Of a DNA stretch of 64,000 bases, positions 43,281 to 56,621 are shown piece after piece (within the stretch, counting starts at the first letter, position 1; every line of letters starts with the position of its first letter). Both the position numbers and the translations under genes were made by a program. Origin of the DNA: Eledone cirrhosa. Its lineage: Eukaryota. The notes under the pieces were generated by a model. That model saw only the letters and a program-made list of their open reading frames with translations. It ran no database searches and was not told where the DNA came from. The stretch lies in the NCBI GenBank assembly GCA_964016885.1, contig OZ024744.1, forward strand, positions 46,376,001 through 46,440,000, read 5' to 3'.

Positions 43281-44001
43281 CAGTCTCCCTTCTTCTCTGT
43301 GGGTGTCCAGTTTCCCTCCAATCTCTGTACGACCAATAACCGCTCCACACTGTATACCTCAAGTCTCCCTCAACTCTGATGACGTCCAGACCCCACTATA
43401 CTCCGTGGACTTCCAATCTCCTCTCCAATCCCTCTGCTCCGTAAACCTCAAGTCTCCCCTCCACTCTATAGACGTCAAATCACCCCTTTTCTCTCTGGTC
43501 GTTAAGTTCCCCCCTCCAATCTTGACATCAGTCTCACATCCACAGATGACGTCCAATCTTCCCCCACTCAGTGAATGTCCAGTCTCCCCTCCACTCAGTG
43601 AATGTCCAGTCTCACCCCCCCCCCCACTCAGTGAATGTTCAGTCTCACCTCCACACTACAGACACCCAGTCCCCACTACACTCTATGGTCTTCCAGTCTC
43701 TCCAAAATAAATGGTATACAATCCAATGTGACAAGTCTTCGGATTGTCTTGTACACCTGCCTGACCAGCATCATCTGACATGTTACCATTCTACCACCAA
43801 ACCCCATAGTGGTGCAGCACAAAATAACAGGACAAGTTGTTCATTTTATGCCTAGTATTATAACTTCTTAATACATATGTTAATTAATTACCAGCACTAG
43901 CGCTAATTATATGCAAATTAGTATGTCCATTTCAGAATAATATTAATAGTGAATGGGTATATATACCTAAGAAATATATACTTCTTGTGGTTGATTGATA
44001 T

Positions 44002-44055
44002 AAACGCAGTCTGATGAGGGTCGGATTAGATCAGAATAATCGATTAAAGATGTTT
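44002..44055 (+). ncRNA. Isolated degenerate hammerhead
   Basis: CTGATGA-GGGTCggattaGATCA-GAATA-ATCGAT-TA with palindromic stem III; GAAA box disrupted. Confidence 0.4.
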
Positions 44056-44192
44056 ATCATTTATTCAATTTACAAGGAAATTCGTATTTTCTGGGATGTT
44101 TACATGCTTATATTTTAGATATGTGTTGTAGTCTCGGTTATAGACTCTGTGTTCATAGATATAACTTTGTCGTACACTTCGCCTGCGAGCGC

Positions 44193-44228
<36 letters not shown>

Positions 44229-44959
44229 GTCTGTGTGTGTAATAATGAAACGAAACTATCGAATAGTTTCGGTCGTTTTCTCACTCACTCAATAATTTTA
44301 TCAAGTCAGTATCATTAAGACGGCAACCCAAGAATATTAGAGTACACAATTATACGATAATTAGTGCGAATCCATCTGCTTGTGGCGGTCCAAATGGAAC
44401 TACCGTGTGCAGAAATTAGGTAACGTTAGTAATCATTACGTAAGTGGCATGAGTCGCATCATCAGCAGGGATTAGCTTTACTGAAACGGATAGTTCTGAC
44501 CAGCTATTCACCACACTACTCCGATGGACATTGGTCTGTGTAGTAGGGAGCCCGTCTTTCAGTGGCATCTGACTTGTCACCAAAGAGGAGGTAAGCCAGT
44601 CCAGACAGTTTGCAGGGAACATAATGGCACAGATTCGAATTGAAAAAATGAACGGGCCATGAAGCACTCAACAAGGGCTTCCATAGAGAAAGCAAAGATA
44701 TATATATGTATATATATATATATGTATATATTTACATTATCTTATCTCATGCTATACTATATAAGAAGTTTGTTTATTTGTTGGCAACAACACGATATCC
44801 TGAATAGATTTGGTAATAATTAATGTATTGTAAAAAAACCCCTCACTTTCTAATATATTATAGTTTTCAATATTTTTCTTCCAGGTTTAGTTGTTTGTTG
44901 ATGACAAGTTTAAAATATGTCATACCGAATGAATAGAAGGAAGCACACACACGACGGGT

Positions 44960-45880
44960 CCGAATTAAGAGGAACCGAACTCCGACTGTCATCACCTCCA
45001 TCTCTCTCGCCCTCCCATCTCGTGCTGGCCACCCCACGACCAGAATGGAAAAGACGAGGATAGTGAGGGAGATGCGTTGGAAGTGCAATTCTATCTCGCG
45101 AGTCTCACACCTGCGGCTAGTCGGCTCAGCGCTTATGATGGTGAGTAGGGAGATAGCCCTAGGGCCAAGGACACCAGAAGTCTTCACTGCTAGGGACTCG
45201 ATTGCAAATCTGTCGGAGAGTGAGCGATACTTGGAGAGTTTACCCTTCTCAGCCCGAACTGCAGCAGAGTCTGGGTTAGTTACAGACTGGACCAGGTTGT
45301 CGCTGCATATGGCATCTCAGACAAGGGTTTACCTCCGCGGAACAGGAAGATGGTCAAGCCGTTTGGCCTTTTTCCGTCCCCTGATCCAAGACCACCGTCT
45401 GGAGCTGGAAGAGAACGCCTGCAGCATCCAAACCATGTTTTATGGCCTTGTTGAAAGCAGCATGGCGTTGAAAGTGGCCGGCACTCTAGCAACAGGAAAG
45501 CGAGTGGAGACCGAAAGAGTCTACGGCGACATTTGTGTGGCTTGCAGATATGGAGGCCAAGCTTCAGGGAAACCCCGATAGGCAGGGTTTCATTGTTTAT
45601 TTGCGTGGTAGTAGAAAAAAAGAGTAAGGCATGGAGCCAGGAACCAGTGTGGGATTGTAAGGCCGAGCGAAATACGCGAGGAGGTGCCGGTTTAGCTGGC
45701 GCGTTAATTTGTCCGAGGTCAGGTTGCACTGGTTGGCATCCTAAATGCTCTGGGGGGACTTGACGTCAATAGGAGTGAAAGGAGAAGGAACGTCTATTGG
45801 GCTGAGTCCGAGCCGGTTCCATGTCTCGCAGGAGGCCTCACGTTCCTCGATTATATTGGGTTCCATAATACTGATTCGGA
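44960..45880 (-). mobile_element. CRE-like non-LTR retrotransposon 3' part (RLE domain); shorter 3' fragments at 49186-49420 and 52594-52950
   Basis: GSWLHAL...GVSLKLGL.IC.PH.C, DGKRPNGLT, TSGVLGPRA, LHFQRISLTI; shared 3' UTR repeat agaggaac...actgtcat. Confidence 0.75.
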
Positions 45881-46454
45881 AAAGATTACTGTAGAATATA
45901 TACAGTTTAAAAACAATTTAAAAAGCGCTGTTTTGTGGGGTATTTCTAGAAACTATATTTAGACAACAAGCCGTTTTTTTTTCTTTTTCTTTTTTCATTT
46001 TTACGTGATTAAGAAAAAAACGAAACCCTCTCGTGATAAATGTTATCGACGATATTATTAGAGACTATGTGAAAACATCTGATATCAAATATTACACAAC
46101 TAATGATGTTTGTATACAGCTGCTATCACACTTGAATCATCTAGGAGATACAGGCTGTCGACATATTAAAAGTTGGGAACAAAACTTGAGCGAAACAACT
46201 ACAACTTAAATTGTAGAATAGGACTTTTAGATAACGTAATTTTTTTTATTTAAGTATATAATTTATTGAAGCATAACCGTCAACATGTTACAAATAGAAA
46301 AATCACACCCAAGGCCGGCAATACCATTTAGGCCAACTATACAGCCACCTAGGGAGCAGACCATAGTGAGGTACATTACTGTGCCTTAAATGATTACAAT
46401 CTACAAATATAATAGCCTTGTGTATTTGTTCGTAACGCAGTAGAGATAACAGAG

Positions 46455-46695
46455 GAAGGAAGGGTTGATTACCTCGACTGGGGAAAGAAGGGGTGCTTAC
46501 CTCGACTGGAGAAGGAAGGGCTGATTACCTCGACTGGGGAAGGAAGGGCTGATTACCTCGTCTAGGGAATGAAGGGGTGCTTACCTCGACTGGGGAAGGA
46601 AGGGCTGATTATCTCGACTCAGGAAGGAAGGGGTACTTACCTCGACTGCGGAAGGAAGGGGTGCTTACCTCGACTGGGTAAGGACGGGCTGATTA
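46455..46695. repeat. ~28 bp minisatellite (gattacctcgactggggaaggaagggct), ~8 units
   Basis: Direct reading; lies inside the Helitron-like element. Confidence 0.92.
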
Positions 46696-47629
46696 ATACA
46701 CACATATCTATGTGATGACTGAGGGAGGTGAACGTAAGAAGCTATAGAAGTTCAGCGTTCTAAGATTTGTCAACGCTGTGTGTTTGTATGTTTGTATCAC
46801 TTCTGTGAGTGAGCACGAAGGAACCAACCAACAAACAAACATCTCTTTTTTATATTATGTATAGATATTACAATTAGCCGTCATTTTTGACGGCACGGGG
46901 CCAGTTAGTCTATGATAATCTCTTGTGACCAATAAATGTATTGCTAAACAACTTTGCCACGTAAAAGTGTTGAGGAAATATCCAAAGTGGTGGAGAGGTT
47001 CGTATAGTGTTATCATCTGTCATATGATTCGGCGTGGGCGAGTGTGAAATGTGTAGTGTAAAATGCAGGTTTAATAATTTTGTTTGTATGGTCAGAGCAA
47101 GAGTGTTAAAAATTAGGTTCGTCAGTTTATCAGACTGTAAGATGAAATTATGTTATTTTGAAAAATCGCGCATAACTGGGAGAAATTGGTGCGCATTGTA
47201 GAGCTATCCTAAGACGCGGATGTTGGCTCTGTTCACACCAACTATATCCCATAAAAAATAGTGTCTAAACTCTAAATATAAAATGTTATTAAACTTTAAA
47301 ATGTCAAAGTAGAAATTAAATTTAAAATATGAACTCAAGTTATTGAGTAAGAAACTCCGTTACCAAAGAAATTACTTTAACGAAGAGCATTGTTAAGAAA
47401 CAAAGTGTATACTGGAGAAGGAAAATGATAACATTGTTTGTTAAATAAGCTCCTTCTCAGGAATTTAGACTAAAATAAAGATAAGAATTTTAAAACAATC
47501 CCTTTCATGGTTGAATACAAGCAAGGAAGTATACTTTACTAACATCGACATTAAGATATACGCCATCAACTTTCAAGTGTAATGATAAAAGTCTTAATAG
47601 TTCAATTCTGGTACTGGATTTGAACTATA

Positions 47630-48565
47630 AAACATACCAAACTCTATATTTTAAAAAAATCTGTATACTTTAAAAGATTCCAAACTGCGTATTTAAAAAG
47701 ATACTAAACTGTAAATAAAAAAAAAGATACGAAACTGTATGTTTAAAAAGATACCAAAACGATATTTAAAAAGACCACTAAACTGTAAATTTAAAAAGAT
47801 ACTAAACTGTAAATTTAAAACGATATCAAAATTGTATGATTAAAAAGATCAACAATCTGTATGCGTAAAAAGACACCAAACTGTAAATTTAAAAAGACAA
47901 GCTGTAAATTAAAAAGATACTAAACTGTAAATAAAAAAAAAGATACGAAACTGTATGTTTAAATAGATACCAAAACGATATTTAAAAAGACCACTAAACT
48001 GTAAATTTAAAAAGATACTAAACTGTAAATTTAAAAAGATATCAAAACTGCATGTTTAAAAAGACCAACAATCTGTATGCGTAAAAAGACATCAATCTGT
48101 ATATTTAAAACTATATCAAACTGTATATTTGAAAAGACACCAAATTGTAAGTTTAAAAAGACACCAAACCGCATGTTTAAAAAAGATATCAAACTATGTT
48201 TTAAAAGACACCAAACCGTATGTTTAAAAAGACACCAAACCGTATGTTTAAAAAACACCAATCTGTATGTTTAAAACTATATCAAACTGTATATTTAAAA
48301 AGACACCAAACTGTATATTTGAAAAGACACCAAACCGTATGTTTAAAAAGACACTAAACCGTATGTTTAAAAAGACAACAAACTGTATGTTTAAAAAGAT
48401 ATCAAACTGTATATTTAAAAAGGTACCAAGCTATATGTTTAAAAAGATATCAAACTGTATATTTAAAAAGCACCAAACTATATGTTTGAAAAGACTACAC
48501 TGTATGTTTAAAAAGAAACCAAACTATATTTAAAAAGACACCAAACTATATATCTAAAAAGACCA
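47630..48565. repeat. ~24 bp minisatellite (ttaaaaagacaccaaactgtatgt)
   Basis: Tandem degenerate units. Confidence 0.92.
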
Positions 48566-48713
48566 TTGTCAAAATTAGGTTATTCAACAGGCTTGCCATA
48601 GTTTGAACAATCTTTTTTAACCAAGAAAGAAAACACCCACTCAGGAGAAACTTATTAGTCAGTAGTTTGGTTAAACCATGTCTATAAACATAGATCTTTC
48701 TTTTATTAAATGG

Positions 48714-49184
48714 AAAAACATGAAACGGAATTTCATTTCTCATTTTTAGTACGGCTGTTGCTTAAATATAAGTATGTATACGTACATACATATATGTATA
48801 CAGACGTACAGTAGTATGTATATATATACATACATGCACACACACATATATATATATATATGTACGTTTGAATTTACCGAGCATTTATTATTATGCTTGG
48901 GTTATTTGTAAACACACATCCCGAATTAAGCCGTACAGTGTTTAGCAACCATCGTTGCCCTTTTGTTCAACACTGACAAAGCAACGATGTACTAGTTTCA
49001 AGCTTATTCGCTATCGTCAGCACCGTATACCTTTCTGCCAGATGATTGAACGTCTGAAAGTATATACTTTCCTTATGCATATTAACGGCTGAGCAGCCTA
49101 ATTTGCATATTGAGCGAGTTAATCGACCGAAAACAATAAATGTAAAAAAATGAAACGAAATTTCATTAGAGTGAGAAATGAAAT
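48714..49184 (-). mobile_element. Candidate retrozyme monomer (~430 bp) with hammerhead
   Basis: Terminal direct redundancy atgaaacg(g/a)aatttcatt at ~48720 and ~49150, short inverted end 49168-49184, HHR at 48984-49026, no meaningful ORF. Confidence 0.7.
48984..49026 (-). ncRNA. Minimal type I hammerhead ribozyme, intact core
   Basis: ACGGTG-CTGACGA-TAGCgaataaGCTT-GAAA-CTAG-TA/CATCGT: 6-bp stem I, palindromic stem III ACTAGT, GUA triplet. Confidence 0.82.
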
Positions 49185-49429
49185 GCCCGAACACAGAGGA
49201 ACCAAACACCCACTGTCATCGACTCCGTCTCTCCCGACCTCCCCTTCTCTCGTGTACACCAGGTCGGAATACAGAGGAATCAAACCCCTACTGTCATCGC
49301 CTCTCTCCCGCTCTCCTCATCTCTCACTATTATGAACAAATGGGGTCCCACGCGCTGGCGGCCCGTGACGCGGTGAACAGATAGAGAAGACATATTCCCG
49401 GAGAAACTATATACCAGCTTGTGAATGCA

Positions 49430-49780
49430 TCATCGCTGAATGGTTCAGAATCTCACTTCACAATCATAAGGTCGCGTGTTTGATCCCATCGTGTGGTATC
49501 TTGGGTAAGTGTTATTTACCACAGCTTTGGATAGACCTCACTCTTGTGGGTGAAGCTGGGTAGACGGAAACTATTTGGAAGCCTGTCGGATGAGCTGTAA
49601 CTGTAACTGAAGCGGCCAGCCTTGTCACACACTAGGACACTCCAAATTTCCCTGCGAATTACGTTAAAGGTGCACGTATCTGTATCACAACCATCGATAC
49701 AATCATTTCAGGAGCTGGCTATTCTGTTGATCGAAAAACTGGGACACTCGTCGTGGAGACCGACGGAGGTCCATTCGAGA
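49430..49780 (+). mobile_element. Second tRNA-derived SINE family, old copy
   Basis: tRNA-like head (gctgaatggtt...gtttgatccc), cttgggtaagtg core, ggtagacggaaact...gaagcctgtcg motif seen in octopus SINEs. Confidence 0.55.
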
Positions 49781-50327
49781 CAAGCTGCCTAATTAAATTG
49801 TTCTAATCCAAGAACAAGAGAGTAGAGGTGATGAGAAGGCGTGAGTATATGTATGTATGCATGTATGTATGTATGAACCAGTAACTCTTGGTGGAGTCGT
49901 ACGGCGTTTCTTGGGCACTTTTTTAAAACCTGGCGGAACCCGACCTGTCTCCCGGTCTGAACACATCCGATTTCTTCTAGAGAATGAGAAACAGTAACAG
50001 GGAGAGGGTATGAGAAAGAAATATAGAAAAAGAATCAGCCCCAGTACTTGACTGGTACATTTTTTTTATCGACTTGGAAAGGATGAAAGGCAAAGTTGAC
50101 CTCAGTGGGATTTAAACTCAGAGAGTAGAGAATCGGAACTAATACCATAAAGCATTATATCTGATGTTCTAAGACTCTGTATTTCACCATAAATCGATGT
50201 ACCGATTCATATATAATAAATAAAATCTCTGTCTGTTGATGTTAAAATAAAAAGAAGAAAATATCCACAGAAAATCTTTGTGACGTCTGGATTGATAAAA
50301 AAGCAAGTTGACACTTATAAATCTTTA

Positions 50328-52532
50328 AACCGCATATAACACACGGTTATTGTTATAGTAATCACCGCATATAACACACATATATTGTTATAGTAATCAC
50401 CGTATATAACACACGGTTATTGTTATAGTAATCACCGCATATAACACACGGTTATTGTTATAGTAATCACCGCATATAACACACGGTTATTGTTATAGTA
50501 ATCACTGCACATAACACACGTATATTGTTATAGTAATCACCGCATATAACACACGTATATTGTTATAGTAATCACAGCATATAACACACGTATATTGTTG
50601 TAGTAATCACCGTATATAACACACGTATATTGTTATAGTAATCACAGCATATAACACACGGTTATTGTTATAGTAATCACCGTATATAACACACGGTTAT
50701 TGTTATAGTAATCATAGTATATAACACACGGTTATTGTTATAGTAATCACCGTATATAACACACGTATATTGTTATAGTAATCACAGCATATATCACACG
50801 TATATTGTTATAGTAATCACCGTATATAACACACGTATATTGTTATAGTAATCACAGCATATAACACACGGTTATTGTTATAGTAATCACCGTATATAAC
50901 ACACGGTTATTGTTATAGTAATCATAGTATATAACAGACGGTTATTGTTATAGTAATCACAGCATATAACACACGATTATTGTTATAGTAATCACAGCAT
51001 ATAACACACGGTTATTGTTATAGTAATCACCGCATATAACACACGGTTATTGTTATAGTAATCACTGCATATAACACACAGTTATTGTTATAGTAATCAC
51101 TGCATATAACACACGGTTATTGTTATAGTAATCACAGCATATAACACACGGTTTTTGTTATAGTAATCACTGCATATAACAGATGGTTATTGTTATAGTA
51201 ATCACCGTATATAACACACGTATATTGTTATAGTAATCACTGCATATAACACACGTATATTGTTATAGTAATCACAGCATATAACACACGTATATTGTTA
51301 TAGTAATCACTGCATATAACACACGTATATTGTTATAGTAATCACTGCATATAACACACGGTTATTGTTATAGTAATCACCGTATATAACACACGTATAT
51401 TGTTATAGTAATCACAGCATATAACACACGTATATTGTTATAGTAATCACCGTATATAACACACGTATATTGTTATAGTAATCACAGCATATAACACACG
51501 GTTATTGTTATAGTAATCACCGTATATAACACACGGTTATTGTTATAGTAATCATAGTATATAACAGACGGTTATTGTTATAGTAATCACAGCATATAAC
51601 ACACGATTATTGTTATAGTAATCACAGCATATAACACACGGTTATTGTTATAGTAATCACCGCATATAACACACGGTTATTGTTATAGTAATCACTGCAT
51701 ATAACACACGGTTATTGTTATAGTAATCACTGCATATAACACACGGTTATTGTTATAGTAATCACAGCATATAACACACGGTTTTTGTTATAGTAATCAC
51801 TGCATATAACAGATGGTTATTGTTATAGTAATCACCGTATATAACACACGTATATTGTTATAGTAATCACTGCATATAACACACGTATATTGTTATAGTA
51901 ATCACAGCATATAACACACGTATATTGTTATAGTAATCACTGCATATAACACACGTATATTGTTATAGTAATCACTGCATATAACACACGGTTATTGTTA
52001 TAGTAATCACAGCATATAACACGCGGTTATTGTTATAGTAATCACTGCATATAACACACGGTTATTGTTATAGTAATCACTGCATATAACACACGGTTAT
52101 TGTTATAGTAATCACAGCACATAACACACGTATATTGTTATAGTAATCACTGCACATAACACACGTATATTGTTATAGTAATCACCGCATATAATACACG
52201 GTTATTGTTATAGTAATCAGCGCATATAACACACGGTTATTGTTATAGTAATCACCGCATATAACACGCGGTTTTTGTTATAGTAATCACCGCATATAAC
52301 ACACGGTTATTGTTATAGTAATCACCGCATATAACACACAGTTATTGTTATAGTAATCACCATATATAACCCACGTATATTGTTATAGTAATCACTGCAC
52401 ATAACACACGTATATTGTTATATTAATCACCGCATATAATACACGGTTATTGTTATAGTAATCACCGCATATAACACGCGGTTATTGTTATAGTAATCAC
52501 CGCATATAACACACGGTTATTGTTATAGTAAT
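50328..52532. repeat. 35 bp tandem satellite (cgcatataacacacggttattgttatagtaatcac), ~63 units
   Basis: Strict 35-bp period with no spacers; rare variants recur 630 bp apart. Confidence 0.97.
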
Positions 52533-53947
52533 ACCGGTAATGAAAAGCAAATTTCTTATTAAAAGCCGGAAATAAGTGTAACATTACACATACATGTACA
52601 CCAGGTTCGAACACAGAGGAACGAAACTCCCACTGTCATTACCTCCGTCACTTCCGACCTCCCAATCACATATATACACCAGGTTCGAACACAGAGGAAC
52701 TGTCAACGGCCCCATCTCTCCCGTCCACTCCATCTCTCACTATTATAAGCAAATGGGGTCCCACTTGCTGACCACCCGTGGGTCCGGCGGACAGAATAGA
52801 GGGGGCATTTCTCCGGTGGATGATGAGGGAGTTGCGCTGGAAGAGTAATTCCATTTCGCGAAGCTCACACCTGCAGTTAGCAAGCTCACCGCCTATGGTG
52901 GAGTAGGGAGGTAGCCCTAGGGTCAAGGACACCAGAAGTCTCCACTGTCCGAGGCGATGTTGCACTTATTCTCCAGTCATGATATTGAAAGGTTCGAAAT
53001 TATAACATAACAATTGTGTGTAACATTATAAATCCCGCCGAGGTTAACTTTGCCTCTCATCCTTTTGGGAGTCGATAAAATAAAGTACCACTAATGTACT
53101 GGGTATTTGCTGGCCTTGTGCCTAAAGTAGAAACAATTATAAGTTGGGAATATTCCAAGAAGACAAGTTCTATCTATTTCTCTTTATTTCGTCACTATAT
53201 ATATATATTGAGATATTGAGGGAAATTTACTCTAAACACTGCTGTAAACAAAGTAAGTGGAACAAGAGAGAAAATATTATCCCAAACTCCACCACCAGGT
53301 TGCCTGACCTACTAAAAATAGAAGCTAAATCATCTCCATTCTCCATGTCCCATCTTACTGTAGTTCTAGATACACTAAATAAAGGGGATGGTTTCCACTA
53401 GAATACCTTTTATCACAGGTCAGCTCAAGTAACCTAGATCAAAGGTTTTCAAAGTGGGCACAACCGTTCCTCGGGGGCGTTCAGAAGGTCCAGGAGGCAC
53501 TGCGGCATAAGTGGTGAGGGTGGTGATAGAGATGATATAATAGTATATTAAATATCAAATGATACATATTATATATAAATATAGTAAAATAAAAAATATA
53601 TATTTATTTATACATAGTATATATTATATTATTTATTATATATAAATTAACGGTTCTATCTATAATATATTAAGGTGGATTGGCAGTATCGGTAGAGTGT
53701 CGGACGCCATGCTTTGACGCATAGAGTTACGGTCCTTGCCATTCTGAGTTCAAATCCCGCCGAGGTTAACTTTGCCTTTCATCCTTACGGGGTCGATAAA
53801 ATAAAGTACCAGAAATACACTGGGTAATTGCTGGCCTTGTGCCTAAAGTAGAACCAATTACTTTACTAATTCCCTTTTTCTCTCTCCCTCTTTCTCCATA
53901 TACCCTTCTCTTTCTCTCTCTCTTTCTTTCTCTTCTAGAAGAAATTT

Positions 53948-54512
53948 CAGGGGAGGGGGTGATTGTTTCTAAAAACACCTATCTTGGTATTTTTTCTTAG
54001 AAGAAAACATCAACATTGGCCTTGTTTTTTTTCCCACAAAAAAGATTTAGAGTTATTGAAATACTAATTCCATCCCTAGCAGAAATTTCAGATTTAGGGG
54101 AAAGGAGAAAATGTTGTCATAAAAAGGGGTTCAGAGCCACTGGAATACCCATTCTATCTTCAGTAGAAGCTTCCAGATTCAGGAGAATGTAAAGCAATTA
54201 GTTTGACTCCTGAATGTTTCCATTTATCCGATTATCTTCGTGGAAGTCCTCCAGTGATAGCTGATTTGGATGTTTCTATGTGGCTGTTTGGTCTGCATTA
54301 TTTAGTTGTCAGAGGTTGCTGGAACCTTGGAGAAGGATACACTGCTAAAGGGTTAATTTGTCTAGGGTATTCATTTTAAAGTGTGTCTAGGTATGGAATT
54401 AATATCTCAATAACTCTTAATATTCTTTGAGCCCAAAAAACAAGGTCAATGTTGATGATTTCTTCTAAGAAAAAATACTTAGATATTTTTAGAAGCAATC
54501 ACCCCCCGGTCA
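53948..54512. mobile_element. Fold-back element / MITE with ~140 bp imperfect inverted arms
   Basis: ggggtgattgtttctaaaaa...ttcttagaagaaaacatcaacattggccttg is inverted at 54440-54508; inner pair gagttattga...ctag / ctag...tcaataactc. Confidence 0.7.
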
Positions 54513-55965
54513 ACTCTAAGTCACCCGACCTTTCAGACCAATCCCAGCTGGAACTTATATCCACTCCTCAAAGGGCTTCTCACAGCAGCCTGCCAACACG
54601 CCACCTTCCTCTTCTCCTATCCCCTCCTCCCCTTACCCTCTCCTACTATATTTCACAACCAAACTGTAAGCAGAGTACGATGGACAGAGAAATGACCTCT
54701 CTTCTCTGAATCAACATGTATGTGAAAATTAATTTTTCTTCCCCTTTTTATTTTCATTTTCTGCTGGCCTTGTGCCTAAAAGTAGAAACAATTATTATTA
54801 TCATTATTTGTACGTGGATTGGCAGTATCGTTGGAGGGTCGGACGCCATGCTTTTCAGCATAGTTACGTCCCTTTACGATCTGAGTTCAAATCCCGCCGA
54901 GGTTGACTTTGCCTTTCATCCTTACGGGGTCGATAAAATAAAGTACCAGTAATGCACTGAGTAATTGCTGGTCTTGTGCCTAAAGTAGAAAAAATTATTT
55001 GTACAAATATGCAACTTAACACTATTCTACATATCCGCAATTGACAATGCATTTAATGCTGAAACCGGTTGTAAATGAATTAATGTTTTGATATCTCATG
55101 TAAATAAATTAATGTTTTGATATCTCAATAATTGTTTCTACTTTTGGCACAAGGCCAGCAATTACCCAGTGCATTACTGGTACTTTATTTTATCGACCCC
55201 GTAAGGATGAAAGGCAAAGTCAACCTCGGCGGGATTTGAACTCAGATCGTAAAGGGACGTAACTATGCTGGAAATCATGGCGCCCGACCCTCTACCGATA
55301 CTACCAATCCACCGCCTAAAATGTTTTATTAATAATAAAGCAAAAATAGCATTCAGTTACAATATATTTTATAACCCCACTAAAAATATTTCTCCTCAGT
55401 AAATAATTTTACATATAACTATCGACAATATGACACACGTACGCTTCAGTATTGTTTCGGCCATTCCAACAGTCATTCCGCTCCGTAAATACCGATTCTC
55501 ATCCAATTGTCTTATTTCATTTGGCTTGGATAGCTACCATTTCTTTGTTCTTAGATTCCAATGAAATAAACGCATAATGAGTGAGAAGAAGCAAGTGACT
55601 ATATTGTATTTCTTTAGTAATACCAAAATAACTATTGATAATAATAACAATAGTAATACTTCACTTAACCGTGAGTTGGTCAATGAATCAGAGACTATAC
55701 AGTCCTCGTCAGGCACCAAGAGGAAGAACATTCTAACTGAAGGAGGAGAGAAGTAAAAAACTTAAAGTATCAAGAAAATATGATGTGAAATTTGGATTTA
55801 TTCAAGAACCTAGCAGTGAGCTGGATCCACTGCTGCTTTATGTTGTCTGTTTTGAGAATTAATCCAATGATGCTATGAAACTTTCGAAACTTGGAAGACA
55901 CTTGTAATCAAATCACCCGGATTTAGTTAAGAAATCACTTGAATATTTTCAAAGAATATGTAAAA

Positions 55966-56620
55966 ATACAACAGTAAAACCGCCACAAATAACAACTACA
56001 AAACTACCACCAACAACAATACCACCACCACAAAGACACAACACCACCACCAACAACAACAACAATAACACCACTACCGCCCCCACAATCACCACCACCA
56101 CCCACCAACACCACCATAACCACAACAAAGAACATTAACAACACCACCACCACCGCCACCAACAACAACAGAAACAACATTAACAAGACTACAACCACCA
56201 CCACCACCAACATCATCCAGAACATCACCACCAGCATCCACACTAATAACAACAACACCACCACAAACAGCAACAAGGACAACATCAACACAAACATAAA
56301 AAACATACAACAACACCACCAACATCACCCACAACAACAACACCACTAACAACAATAACCACAACACCAACAACAACGACAATACTAACACCACTACCAA
56401 CAACAACAACAACGACAGTACTAACAACACTAACAACAACAACAAAACACCGACACAACAATAACAAACACCAACAACAATGACGATACTAACAACAACA
56501 ACACCGACACAACACCAACAACAATGACAATACTAACAACACTAACAACAACAACACCGACACAACAACACCAACAACAACAACGACATACTAACCCTAC
56601 AAACAACACAATAAACAACA
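55966..56620. repeat. Degenerate (CAA/CAC)n trinucleotide tract
   Basis: Direct reading; source of the poly-V/L pseudo-ORFs. Confidence 0.95.
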
Positions 56621-56621
56621 A

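Noticed and set aside
46950-48713. Additional hAT (ZMYM1-like) relics here and at 62800-63545
   Set aside because: Only faint motif traces; too degraded to support a call without a profile search.
50328-52532. CRISPR-like array (35 bp, partly palindromic repeat)
   Set aside because: Units are contiguous with no unique spacers, there are no cas genes, and the context is eukaryotic.
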